Source: Octopus vulgaris (Eukaryota). Taken from it: 64,000 nucleotides of DNA. Shown here in pieces: positions 27,426-41,200 of the stretch; positions within the stretch are counted from its first letter, which is position 1; every line of letters starts with the position of its first letter. The position numbers were made by a program, and so were the translations under genes. The stretch spans positions 116,374,001 through 116,438,000 of the forward strand of contig OX597814.1 of assembly GCA_951406725.2 (NCBI GenBank). Reading direction: 5' to 3'. The notes beneath the pieces were generated by a model that did no database searches, was not told the origin of the DNA, and saw nothing but the letters and a program-made list of their open reading frames with translations.

Positions 27426-28637
27426 ATATATATATATAAAAAATTTAATATTGCAACGTAACCAGATTTGGAGCATATAATCACAGTTTACTAGTAATTT
27501 CTTATTTCATATTTTATGGTGACCTGCAGGTGAATAACATCGTAATAGCATTAGAAAGAATCAGTAAGAAATGAGATTACTATTGTAACCAATGAATTTG
27601 TGTGGTTCCCAGCTTTCCTGGCCAATGACTTAAGCAACCGTTAAGTAGTGTAACTATGTAGCATGTTATATTTAGTGTTAGTCTATGAGTGAAAGGAGTT
27701 TACATTACCGACGTTCATGAAACAGACAAATTGAAGACCAGAAGACTTCTGAAATGAAGCTGGATGCCATTAATAATTTTCTCCACTGCAGGTGGAATGC
27801 CTGAAATTTGGTATCAGGAGTCTTGTCGCTTATATCGACCGCAGTTCTTGACTGGTGCTTATCTAATTGAATCCGATAGTATAAAAGTCAAAGTCGACTC
27901 CGTCAGGATTGGAACTCGAAGACCAAAGCCTGACGGAATGCCGTCATATGCATTTTGTCCGCGTAGTAACGATTCTGTAAACGTGCAGTCTAAAAGTGTC
28001 CTTAGTTTAGTTATATTTACTATGGACACAGGGCTTGGAGTTTTGGATTAGTTACTTAATTTATGGACTCTGAAAGGATGAAAGGCAAAGTTAATTTCGG
28101 TGGAATTTGTACTCAAAACTTAGGAGGAAATACCGCTAAGCATGTTGGCCGGCCTGGTAAAGACTTCTTCAGCGCGTTGTCTAAAAATAATGTACACCTT
28201 AATAATCATTGGTCTGTAATTTTCAATAAAATAATTCTCATTAAAATCATTTCCAGCGTCAATTCCAAAGTCTAGGATTATTTTTTTCGATTGAAATGTT
28301 TCACTCTTTCCTATACTGAAGTTATCCAAATATTTGCTCACTGAAATTTTTCTGTATTGTGGCTAGCAATGCATTTCACGTTTGTCCATTGTAAATACAG
28401 CTTGTTTTATAAATGCTTATGTTGCATTCAATAGTTTACGTAAGGTTCTTGCATTTACAAGTCATTTCAGGATTGGGATATAAGGTTGTACGGGATTTTG
28501 ACTATAATTTGGCGCCAGTATGAGTGTATTTACAAATACTACATCGACTATTACTCCTAAATCTATTCCGGTCCTCATTCTGGTGAGATTTTGTTAGGGT
28601 TAATAGTCGCCTTGCATATATACATACATACATATGC

Positions 28638-28728
<91 letters not shown>

Positions 28729-28880
28729 GAGAGAGAGAGAGAGGGAGGATAGGTAGATAGATAGATAAATAATAGATCGATAGAGAGGGAAGGAGGGGAA
28801 AAAAAGAAAGGAGTTTTAAATTACAATTTGACAACAACAGTGTATGTTCATGTGTATGAATTTGTGTGTGTACGTATCTA

Positions 28881-28937
<57 letters not shown>

Positions 28938-28945
28938 CTCTCTCT

Positions 28946-28996
<51 letters not shown>

Positions 28997-28998
<2 letters not shown>

Positions 28999-29125
28999 GA
29001 ATGTTCTTTATGTTGCCTGTCTCGTTTCTCTATTTGTTTCTTTCGTTGTACGAAACGTTCTTTTGCAATGTTTTTGTTCTCGTTTCTCATTTTATTGACG
29101 TTTTTTTGATGTCCTGTACCCACAT
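28997..29125 (+). mobile_element. Short TA-embedded repeat unit, homologous (inverted) to 57340-57483
   Basis: Shared GATGTCCTGTACCCA terminus and T-rich body; both copies abut TA arrays. Confidence 0.6.
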
Positions 29126-29134
29126 ATGCATATA

Positions 29135-29177
<43 letters not shown>

Positions 29178-29189
29178 ACACAGACACAG

Positions 29190-29226
<37 letters not shown>

Positions 29227-29488
29227 CATATTCATATATACATATATATGTACGTATGTACATATATACATACATTATATATATATATATATATATATAT
29301 ATAGCTTATATGTATGTATGTATTTATGCGTATAGATGATTGAATATAAGATGATTAAATATATCAGTAGGCTGGTTCATTTTCTTTTCTTTGTGTTAAA
29401 CTGCAGTGTTTTTACTCTAGACGTTTACTGGATATTACTTGACATGGAATATATAATCATATAAAAGAGTAGATTATTATTATCATCA

Positions 29489-29536
<48 letters not shown>

Positions 29537-29806
29537 GTAGTAGTAGTAGTAGTAGTAGTAGTTGTAGTAGTAGTATTTTGTCGGGCGCCTGTCTGTATAA
29601 GTAAGATTCTGGTAAGTCATGAGGTGAATGCTAATCTCATGCTTGAGTAAGCAAGGCATAAATCATAGACTTTGTTTACTACGCCAAGCTGGTCAATGCA
29701 CAGCGACTCTCTCATAAACACTGATTCAATTTTTACAGCTGCAAATATAATCACATACTTGTGCGCAGAATTCGTATTTAACACACGCACAAACACACAT
29801 ATACAT

Positions 29807-29900
<94 letters not shown>

Positions 29901-30723
29901 TTATGTATACATATGTATGTTCGTGTGTAGAATGGAAAATACATTCCATGTCCACATATATTCATTTGCAAATGTTTTGTGCAAGAAGTAGGCGTAAGTT
30001 TTGACACCACGCAAGTTACATATTGGTACGTATCTGTTTCCTCTGGAGTATCTATTGATGGTGGGTCGTAGTAATGGGATTAATAATCTCGCTTTGTAAA
30101 CGCATATTTTCAGGTACAGTCCCACAGCGCGGCAGTTTTAGACGGAGATTGTATGGAAACCCGTCGTATGTATGTATGCATGTATGTATGTATATAGGTA
30201 CGCATGTATGTATGTATGTATGTATGTATGTATGTATGTATGTATGTATGTATGTATGTATGCATGCATGTATGTATGTATGTATGTCATTATTCAGTTT
30301 ATTTCAATATTTCTTGCCTATTGAGAAAGAACAGGTTTCTAACCTAGATCCAAGCCTCCTTCATTGGAGTTTCAACATCAACAACATGTTATCTGTGTGT
30401 GTATGTATGTGCAGCGACTTCATCGATTCCAAGGGAAATCTGAAGAAGGAATTTTTTTATTCCGAAATATCATATCAGATTATGGATGATTAAATTACAA
30501 CATCGTTTGTATTATAGTGCATTGTTGTGTCATTCAAAGCATGTTGTGTCATTCAAAGCGAACTACAATGCTCTCCTATCTTAAATGATAAACTTCTGTA
30601 AAGTTTTAAAGATCTTTACAGTTCCAGTGATGGGTTGTATCTGTAGTCTTCTAATTAGCTTTCTCCTTTCTGGTATTGAGAAGCCTAATTTCCCAAGATT
30701 AGTGTGTACGTATGTATGTGTGC

Positions 30724-30798
<75 letters not shown>

Positions 30799-30912
30799 CA
30801 TGCCTATTTTATCGAGTCAGTGTGTGTACATATATATATATATATACATACACTGGACCGCTGAAATCTATAAGATTTTTAAAATTCTCACTCATTTAAT
30901 TTTCTCTCATTC

Positions 30913-30948
30913 CTTTGTGTTGGAGAGCGTAAGCTCGAAACGTAAAAG
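30913..30948 (+). other. Degenerate minimal hammerhead-like motif
   Basis: CTTT-GTGTTGG-A-GAGC(GTAA)GCTC-GAAA-CG-TA-AAAG: same architecture as 35368-35400 but three core substitutions. Confidence 0.4.
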
Positions 30949-31918
30949 CTTTTTTCATTTTCCTGAACGTCAAACTAAATCACTTGCTTACTGTTTAAAC
31001 ACTTGTCTTCGTCTTTTGTTTATCTATAAATTTCAACTATATGTGTGTGCCTATGTGGGTGCACGTGGACGAATACGCGCGCGCGCGCGAGCGTATTTCT
31101 GTCTTTAAAAATTACCCGATCACCGCTTAACAACCGGCTATGTCCTGTTTACGCACGTATGAAATAGCGGTTTGAAAATAGAAACCGATAGAATATGTAA
31201 CGGACTTTTAAAAACATAAGTATTGGAGTTGACTATTTTGACTAAAACCCTGCAACATCGTGCCCATACGTGGTCGCAGTCCAATGACTGAACCATGAAG
31301 CAGATAAAGTGGTTAAATTTTCATCGATCATTTGTTATTCTAAGATGATGTTAAAGTATGACTGAAATGTTTAAAAAAAGCCTACGCAGTGAAACACTCA
31401 ATATGTAGGATACATGTTTTATCTTTTCATCAATTGGTTTTCGGAAATAATTACAGATCATAAGATGACTCATATATAATATATTTTCGCTGCTCTTACA
31501 TATAAACTAGTTCAGGAATACAATGTGTATTCACATTTCGGATATGAGTTCTGCAATTTGTAAGTTAAAAAATGTGAGGCGGCCATTATCTATCAATACT
31601 ATTCAGAAATAACTGAAATGAAAGAAAATAATAAAGTGATTTGGAACAATTTGAATACGCCATAACACAACGCTATACCGCTGAACCCATTGTTCTGAAA
31701 TACTGGTCGCTCGACCCCCTAAAATAAGTGGATGTGTTTCCCTCAATTTCCACTCCGCAAAATTAGATAAGGACGTTCCAGATACCTTACGTCCAAGATA
31801 GAATTCGCTAAATTTGAATATATGCCCTATTGAACTAATTTGAAACTTGTTCATCTTTGTGATGTTATTACAAAAACTTCAAACATAATTGAAAGATGTG
31901 AATACTGAATACAATACC

Positions 31919-32005
31919 ATATAATATAATATAATATAATATAATATAATATAATATAATATGATATAATATGATATGATATAATATGATATAAAATAAC
32001 ATAAC
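31919..32005. repeat. (ATAAT)n pentanucleotide repeat
   Basis: Directly visible. Confidence 0.9.
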
Positions 32006-32463
32006 GTATGGTCTATTTGTGGTTTAGCAGTGAGCTTTTAACCCACAAATAAATATTTGTACAGCAAATACATTGTTCGATACTATTGTGTGCATGCGTA
32101 TGTATGTATGTATTATGCATGTATGTACATATGTATATGTATGTAGAGAGAGAGGGGGGGAGGGGAGTGAGAGCGTGAGAGGGGGAGAAGTGTAAACGGA
32201 TTCAAGTTAATTACAGGACAGCCAGTCACACAATAGAATTCTATATTTCTGAGATGAGACATTTATATAATAGGTATTAGTCGTTGTGGTGTGCTGAGTT
32301 TGCTTTCACTACGTTCCGGCTTTTTACACTTCAACTTTCTTCAAGTGACTTGTGTTTCTCCGTAGTGCCTTGTCTGGGAGTGAACTTAGAATCTCTAGGT
32401 AAAGAAAGCTGGAACTTACATTGCCAATACGTAGGGAAAGCAACAATTAAGACGAGGCCACCT

Positions 32464-32539
32464 CTCAGACTAATATGCATTCTCAGATTAATATGCAGTG
32501 GCAGACTAATATGCAGTCTCAGGCTAACATGTAGTCTCA
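32464..32539. repeat. 18-bp minisatellite, about 4 units (CTCAGACTAATATGCAGT)
   Basis: Units start at 32464, 32482, 32500 and 32518. Confidence 0.9.
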
Positions 32540-32641
32540 CAATGTCTAAAGTAGTGAAGTATTGGTTTCAAATTTTGGCACTTGGCCAGCCGTGTTGGAG
32601 GGAATGGTAAATCAATTAGATCGCCTCTTTAATACTGATTG

Positions 32642-34151
32642 CATGATGACTTTCAAGTCAAAGCAAATCGAAAAATGAAATCATAAACATACAAGACAAC
32701 AGTAATAGCTTTTATAATATTATTTTATTTCAACTCCACTTGTTGAAATGAAGCGATTATTACACGTTTAATAACTTTCAAAAAATTAGTTTGATGTGAA
32801 GAGTTAAAATGTAGATCGTTAGGCTGAATGGTAAGTTGGGGCAATTATGGCTTCTAGATATATGTGGCACAATTTTGTCTAAAAGCTTTCCTCAACTTGT
32901 ACTTATTTTTATCGACCCCGAGATGAAAGAAAAGTCAATCGCAGCAGAATTTTTAACTTAGATTGTAAAGACGGACGAAATGCTGCTAAGCAACTTACCC
33001 GGAATGCTAACGATTCTACAGGCTTGCCGGCTTAACGAGTGTGCAATATTGGGAGTCCAGAAACAATACCGTTTTGCTCAGGACTAATTTTTTGGTGAAA
33101 GTTTATTTAAAATATTTTGTGTGGCAGTTTTTCATGTTTGATCAGAGGTGCTAGCCGTTAGAGTTAGAGTAAGCTGGCTGAGGTTACACCTGTTGAGTAT
33201 TCGCTGCTAATGTGTATAGGAAAATTATTCTGCATTTGCAAGTTCATTTTATATGTTGATTCTGAATCAAATTATAATGTCTGAAGTAAATGGACTCTAA
33301 ATATATTGCATAAAATTGCATAACTTTATTATGTAGACTGCGCATAACGAATGAGCTTGATTCCGCTTATATTCCGTTTACACCAGCGCTGATAAATATT
33401 TGCAGGAAAGAAATGAAGGAGACGACTCCATAGTGTTAACGCTATAAGGAGGCAGGGATCGCGATATTGGTTTGTGCGGGGTCAAGGAGATAGGACGATC
33501 AAACTGAAATTAACTAGTGATGGAGGGACGATGGTTCGGGTTATTTGAGTGGAGGAGAAACGATCATCTTCGAAAAGTAAAAGGCGTTATAATAGCAATT
33601 ATTTTTAGCAAATAATAAAATTAAGCTTAGAAAAACAGGGTGGTGACTATATTTTTTGTAGTGGCTTCAAATAAATCATCGTTTTATATTTTATGAAAAA
33701 CAAAGTGAGATTTCTATTACTTGGTACAAAATATTATTTTTAATTTTTCGTAGGTGCTATATATTAAGCAGAGCTTTTTTCAGTTTCGTAACGGAGGAAC
33801 AACAAAACATAACAGCGCCTCATAAACTGTCGCAATATAACTTATACAAATAATTTATTTAAACAAAGTGCGAATAGTCACAATATTTCTTTCCCCGTCG
33901 AGGAAAGCTGGTAGACGAGATGGTGCCACATATATCTAGAAGCCAAAATTGCTCCAACTCACTATTCAGCATAATGGTCTATACTTTAACTCTTTATCTC
34001 ATACTAATTTTGTGAAAGTCATTAAACGTGTAATGATCGCTTCATTTCAACAAGTGGAGTTGAAATAAAATAACAATATAAAAGCTGTTACCGTTGTCTT
34101 GTATGTTTATGATTTCATTTTTCAATTTTCTTTGGTTTGAAAGTTATCATG
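32642..34151. repeat. Long inverted repeat (about 230-bp arms, about 1.05-kb spacer); possible foldback-type element
   Basis: 32642-32870 aligns end to end with the reverse complement of 33923-34151. Confidence 0.85.
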
Positions 34152-35243
34152 GTGTTGGAAAGTAGCATGTTTCTATTTTTAACGATTCCCTGTAATAGAG
34201 GATATAATAACCACGAATGATATGAACGTTATTATGAAGCACCGAATTTCGCAATGCTACTCTAAGTGCTAGTATTTAAAATATACTTAATTAAACCCTT
34301 TCCAAAAGAAATTACTGAAAATCTAACGCGCATCCATCATATATTTCTGTAAACAACAATAAGAAAGGAAACTTTCTAATTTTAAGAAAATAAACAAAGA
34401 AATATAATATGCAATTAAATTAAGTACAGGATCAATTATAAACACTATTTTGGCCCAATTCCTATATTTTCACTTAGAATGGTGTTTCTGAAATAATCAA
34501 CTTAATGATAAGAATGCTAAATTTGTTTATATTGTTTAAGAAAATATTCAATACTTCACTAGAAACGCATAAAGCACGAGTACGGTAATTATATAACGTA
34601 AAACTATAGATATATCCTTAAGTATTGTATGAAATAATTTCATTTCAATAAACCACGATGGAGAATTTTATCAACTAGCACTGCTTTTGTATATTTATTT
34701 CTGCGTAAAAGTATGTGTTGAGATAAATCTTGAGAAGAAGAAATAGATAAGGTAAATAAAGATAAGTCAAAGAAAGTAATCAGATTTATGAGGAAAGTTA
34801 CTATTTCAAAATCTCGGATATTTCAGCAAAGAAGAAGAACATGCTATTATTTGCCTTGTAACAGTTACTATTATAGAGAGAATAAATAGTAAAGCTACAG
34901 TGTTATCCTAACAATTCAAATTTAGAATATAAAGAGTGGAAGAAAGTACATTTTAAATAAAAGTCAGTTTATATATCGTTTTTGTATTTGGCTAGCAAGT
35001 TTCTTTATGTGAATTCATGTGTTGAAGTATATTTAATTGTATGAGGAGTGTCATACTGTTTTCAAGCCTTATTACTTAACACCCTCACGGTTCAATTTCC
35101 ACTCATCTTTATTTTTCTAAAATTTCGTTGCTTCTTGCAACCTCTTCAATAATCGTTGATTCTGCTGTCCGTTATTGGAGCTGCGTTCTTTTTGCTTGTT
35201 TGTTTGTGCACATGTATATGCGTCAGTATGCATGTGTATAAAC

Positions 35244-35278
<35 letters not shown>

Positions 35279-35367
35279 TGTATGTATGTATGTATGTATA
35301 TATATATATGTATGTATGCAAGTGTATATATATATATATATATATATATAGGAAGAAAGAAGGAGGA

Positions 35368-35400
35368 TTTAACGTTTCGAGCGGAGCTCTTCGTCAGAAA
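35368..35400 (-). ncRNA. Minimal type I hammerhead ribozyme motif (PLE-type)
   Basis: TTT-CTGACGA-A-GAGC(TCC)GCTC-GAAA-CG-TT-AAA; stem III reduced to the palindrome ACGT. Confidence 0.7.
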
Positions 35401-35463
35401 CATAAGAAAAGGAAAAATACAAGGAAGGGAAGACGGATGAAAAAAATCGCCAACGATACACAC

Positions 35464-35523
<60 letters not shown>

Positions 35524-36435
35524 AATGAGGTAATCAGATCGGATGGTTCATATTTGTAGATATTTATTTATATATTACATTTTTTACATATATATCATAT
35601 CATTCAGATCATATCATTCGGATTAGCGCTTTCTCCCAATCTAGTGGAGTTTTCAAATCAAATCAATTGTAGGGAATTTGAACATTTTATAGTTTCGTAG
35701 TAGTGCGGAGGAATAAGACAGTATAAGAGGGTGAGGAGGAAGTGAGACAGAGAAAACATGTGTGTATGTGTATGTGTGTGTGTGTATATGTGTGTGTGTA
35801 TGTGTGTGTGTGTGTGTGTGCGCGCGTTTATATCTGAGAGGGAAGAAGTGTTATTTCCGTTGGCCTACTGGACCTCCTGTGGTTTTATAAGAATTTTGGC
35901 TCTGTCCATTTTGATGTCACTGAGTGTGTGTTGTGCGTAGGTTGGCCGGACAAATGTCATTTGGGGTCACACTTTCTATGATCATTTTGTGGAGGTGTGT
36001 GTCTCTGTGTGTCCGTGTGTGTGTGTTTGTATTTGTGTGTGTGTGTGTGTCTCTGTATGTTTGGAGAAGGGGAGAGAGACAAAAAGAGAAAAGGGAAAAT
36101 AAAAATTAAAATAAATATAAATATAAAAATAAAAATAAAAAAATAAAAAAATAAAAATAAAAAATAATAAGAAAATATAAAAAAAATAAATAAAAAATAT
36201 TAAAAAAATATATATATATACATGTATGCATGTGTGTACGTTTGTATGCATTTATTCTGCATATTCATGTGTTTTCATGTGCATTTGTATCTGTGTGTAT
36301 GTGTGTATCTGTATGTAATTTTGTGTGTACCTCTGTTTCCTTCTGTGTGTGTGTGTGAAGTGTGCATGTGTGCCTATGGTCAGGTGTTTCAGTCTTATGT
36401 GTATGTATGTGCGTATATGTTTGTCACCAAGGACA

Positions 36436-36670
36436 ATTTTGAACTAGAAAGGACATACCAGATTGCAAGATTCAGCCGAAGTCATAGACTTAGTTGGGAT
36501 TTATTTACTACAACAACTCCATGAAGAACTCCCAGAATTTGAAGGCGGTCTCTATAGGGATGATGCTCTTTTTGTTGTTAGAAAAGCCTCCAACAGTAAA
36601 ATCGAAATATATCAGAAGAGATTACATGAAACTTTCAAAAGCCATGGACTTACCATCACCATTGAGCAGG
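36436..36670 (+). mobile_element. Penelope-like RT fragment (YRDD type)
   Basis: DSAEVIDLVGIYLL..GGLYRDDAL..FKSHGLTITIE. Confidence 0.75.
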
Positions 36671-36854
36671 ATCACACTTCTGAACTGTGCATGTTTATGG
36701 GGTATATTTATACCTATAACGATATTTTTCAACTACAATTTTCATATTCTTATTACTTGCTCTGGCTGTTTTTTATGAATATGATGAATCTTTATCAGGA
36801 ATCATTCTTTCTCTCAAAAAGTATTTGAATTATTCTTTTTTGAACTTATTTTCC

Positions 36855-36901
<47 letters not shown>

Positions 36902-36938
36902 AAAAAGGAGTTGTGGAACACGAGTTGTGATATATAAA

Positions 36939-37098
36939 AAAGGAAATGAAGAAAATGCTGATAAAATAATTTAAGTAATTTAAGTAATTTAATTAGGTGA
37001 AAGTTCTTTTATTGCCCATTGGATTTCAATAAAAGAACTTTCACCTAATTAAATTACTTAAATTACTTAAATTATTTTATCAGCATTTTCTTCATTTC

Positions 37099-37102
<4 letters not shown>
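36939..37102. repeat. Perfect hairpin: 76-bp arms, 12-nt loop
   Basis: 36939-37014 is the reverse complement of 37027-37102. Confidence 0.95.
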
Positions 37103-37151
<49 letters not shown>

Positions 37152-37646
37152 TTTTTTAATAATATATTATTATTATTAATAGCTTCATAGCTATTTAAAA
37201 TATAATTTGATTTTGTATTATGAACTATATTTAGATTACCGGATAATATAATGAATTTTATAGACAAATATTATAGATTGCTACAGAAGAATTACCAAGA
37301 CAAAAGTGTCCTGGATTGCTACAGAGGATTTACCAAGAAGACATATGAATTTCAAGATTCTCAAACTAAAGTATATACACTTTTCACATTTTTAAACTAG
37401 CTACATGAACTATGCAAGATAATATGACGGATTTTGAGCATGAATGCTATGGATTATTGCAGTAGAATAAGCAAGGAAATATATATGGATTTAAAGACTC
37501 TCATCAAAAGTAGTAATCTTTAATTTTTAATTTACATTTCAAACAAACACTTTTTTACAAGCATCATTTTACAAACACCATTTTATAATTTTACTTCAAT
37601 TTAAAAAAAGATATCATTCGATATATTATTCAATATTCATATCTTA

Positions 37647-37738
37647 TATATCTGAAGAGCAGAAGGGTTGTCTATAAGTGCTTATCAATATAAGATTTCA
37701 TTATCGGGACAACACTTCTGCGAAACGATCGTAAGATG
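37647..37738 (+). ncRNA. Type I hammerhead ribozyme motif with extended stem II
   Basis: CTGAAGA (37652); stem II GCAGAAG-G-GTTGTC/GACAAC-A-CTTCTGC; GAAA; palindromic CGATCG; GUA site; stem I has one mismatch. Confidence 0.7.
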
Positions 37739-38043
37739 CTTAAAAAAATAATTCAAAACTTTTAAACTATCAAATTTATTTTATACATTATATTTATATT
37801 TTTATATTTATTTATATATATTTTTAATACATAAGGTCTTTCACACGGGTATACATTTATGAAGAATTCGATATTGATTTCCTGATGTTAATAATAATAA
37901 TATTAATATATTATTAAAAAATATATGTATATATCGCTCGTATTAAATATATAAATACTTTAACAGTATTAATATTTTTATACAATGGAGCACTTAATAT
38001 AAGTTTAGTATATAATATTCTTATTGAATATATTTACCTAATG

Positions 38044-38092
<49 letters not shown>

Positions 38093-38111
38093 TACATAGG
38101 TAAATTGATAT

Positions 38112-38529
38112 ACTCTTTACTCTCTTTTACTCTTTTACTTGTTTCAGTCAATTGACTGAGGCCATGCTGGAGCACCGCCTTTAGTCGAGCAACTCGACCC
38201 CGGGACTTATTCTTTGTAAGCCCAGTACTTAATCTATCGGTCTCTTTTGCCGAACCGCTAAGCGACGGGGACATAAACACGCCAACATCGGTTGTCAAGC
38301 AATGCTAGGGGGACAAACACAGACACACAAACACATACACGCACACACCTATATACATATACATATATACGACGGGCTTCTTTCAGTTTCCGTCTACTAA
38401 ATCCGGTCAGAAGGCTTTGGTCGGCCCGAGGCTATAGTAGAAGACACTTGCCCAAGATGCCACGCAGTGGGACTGAACCCGGAACCATGTGGTTGGTAAG
38501 CAAGCTACTTACCACACAGCCACTCCTGC
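38112..38529 (-). mobile_element. Family-1 SINE
   Basis: Near-complete match to the other copies. Confidence 0.92.
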
Positions 38530-40267
38530 TAATATGTAAGTACACGGATAAAAAATTTGTTAGATAGGTACATAGGTAATACGAACAGACAAGCATCCAC
38601 ACACGTATATACATACGCAAATGAAGACTGAAGCACATGGCCATAAACACAAACGCACACTTCACACACAATGACACATACGGAGAGACACACCCATTCA
38701 TAACAGACGAATGTACATAGTCATTTTATATTATTACTTAAGAAATCTTAGAATTTGACATCAAATAGATCGGCCCAGGAAGAAATCTGAACAGGGATAC
38801 CTAAAAGAAAAATTACTAATCATACAAGGAACAATGATGTTCGACAATGAAAATTTATTTATACGATTAGCTGAATCACCTGTTCCTGAATTAACGTATA
38901 AATATGATCCATCTTCTCATAAATAGTTCCATGTTTAACGTAATTCACAAATACTCAGAGCCGTTATGACAAGTCTCTATCTTTTACAATTCGCCCAACT
39001 GCTATACGCTTTCCTTTTAACTAGTTCGCCTAAGAAGGAATGAATCAACTCGATGTTGTAGAAACATGGCATTTGTACAAGACGCCACACAATGAGTTTG
39101 AACACGGGATATGATGGTTATCAAATGGACATTTTAAATATTCTGTGCCTATTATATCAGAAATATTCACCGACTTAAATAAATTATTCAGTGAATAGGG
39201 GACGTTATAGCATAAGAAACGCAGAATTTAATATTCATGGGCTATACGTGAATATAGAGTTAAGCTATAGTTAATAGTGTCTTTTAAGTATATACACATC
39301 ATTTAATTGAGGTATGATGCTAAAGGACATGACCTGCAATATATATATACAGTACGAGGACTGAGCATGTATTTCGCAAAGAAATAATTTTAATGTCGTG
39401 AAATTAAGAATTGTTCAAAGTCGGAGTGACTTTTTTTATGTTAACCGCATGACATAATCGCTAAATGTTTCGAAGAGTTTATTCCTGGAACCCATATATA
39501 TGTAATGAGTTAAGTTCCTCTCTGGTAAATTTCAAACAGTTTGCAGCTTTATATTTCCCTCTGATTCTATCACCAACATTAAACTTTACAGATAACGAAA
39601 TATTGATACAAGTGCATTTAATATAACTACTTTACGTTAATGTTAATAGCGTGTGAACTGTTACCAATTTTGCTTGTACATCAGCTCTGAAGCAGTTAAG
39701 ACAGCTGCGATTTAGAGTTGATCATTAAACATTTCAGCTACTCCTTACTTCATTATACTAATGTATTACATCATTACATTCTTATATCAAATAAATTTCT
39801 CTCGAACTTTTTGATTAAAGTGTCAATTTTATTTGCAATATTATGTTAAGTAAGTTTATATGTTTATGAATTTGCATGTTATGCCATAAGATAGCATTTG
39901 GTGTTTGTATGGACTGCTCTGTGTCTTCTCCCACAACCAATCTTAATGTAAACTGATTGATATTTGGTTAAATATTAATAAATTGGAAATGGGAAATCTA
40001 ATACAATTCTCTCTAAATGTATACATGTTAATAGATATATCCATGGATACACAAAACATAAAAATTTTGCATGTAATAATATACATGAGTTATGATAGAA
40101 GATGTTCACTTTGCAGTGAAATGATTTCGCATTAGATTTCACTTTACGTCCTTATGCGAAAGTGTCTCATATTATAGCTTCGTGCTGCTGACCAACGCCA
40201 TGTCTGCAAAGTTCATTAGAAGGGAAATTTACTGAAGCTCGTCATATATATATATACACACACACAC

Positions 40268-40302
<35 letters not shown>

Positions 40303-40833
40303 TGTATGTATGTATGTATGTATATATGCGATGGATAAGTGTTCATCTCATTACAGCAGTATCTTACGTAACTTTTAATAGAAGACTGAGAATGTTATAT
40401 CATTATAAAAGACCGTAATCATCAGATGAGAAAAGTAATTTTACAAAACGAAGAAATCACAGGAATGCAACAGAGAGGTGTCTGTCGAGGCCGAGCCATG
40501 AAATGGGAAATAACAAAACACAATGCTAGCCGTTACAAATATAGTTCTTGAGAGTGTGTAATATATCAAAGGTCAGTACCTGGGGAGACAAGTAGTCTGT
40601 TAGACTCGAGAAGTAGTCTTTTAGACTCATGGGAAAACTTGAGTGGGTTTTTAAGAAAATAATCTATTATAGTAGGGTAAGAGCAGTGGTGATTATGAGA
40701 GGTCATAAAAAACGATTAAGGGTAGAGTGGGTTCGGACTGGGATCGGGGTATAGGAATCCCTATCTAATGCTAAAAGACCAAGGGAGGGAGATAGAGAAA
40801 ACACATAAAATTTAGGGGTATACAGAGAATATT

Positions 40834-41200
40834 TATTTCTTTATTGCCCACAAGGGGCTAAACACAGAGAGGACAAACAAGGACAGACAAAGGGATTAAG
40901 TCGATTACATCGACCCTAGTGCGTAACTAGTACTTAAATTATCGACCCCGAAAGGATGAAAGGCAAAGTCGACCTCGGCGGAATTTGAACTCAGAACGTA
41001 ACGGCAGACGAAATACGGTTACTCATTTCGCCCGGCGTGCTAACGTTTCTGCCAGCTCGCCGCCTTACTTAAATTATCGACCCCGAAAGGATGAAAGGCA
41101 AAGTCGACCTCGGCGGAATTTGAACTCAGAACGTAACGGCAGACGAAATACGGTTACTCATTTCGCCCGGCGTGCTAACGTTTCTGCCAGCTCGCCGCCT
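40834..41200 (-). mobile_element. Family-3 SINE-like element with duplicated 135-bp head and 15-bp TSD
   Basis: TSD TATACAGAGAATATT at 40819 and 41201; 40931-41065 equals 41066-41200. Confidence 0.9.
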
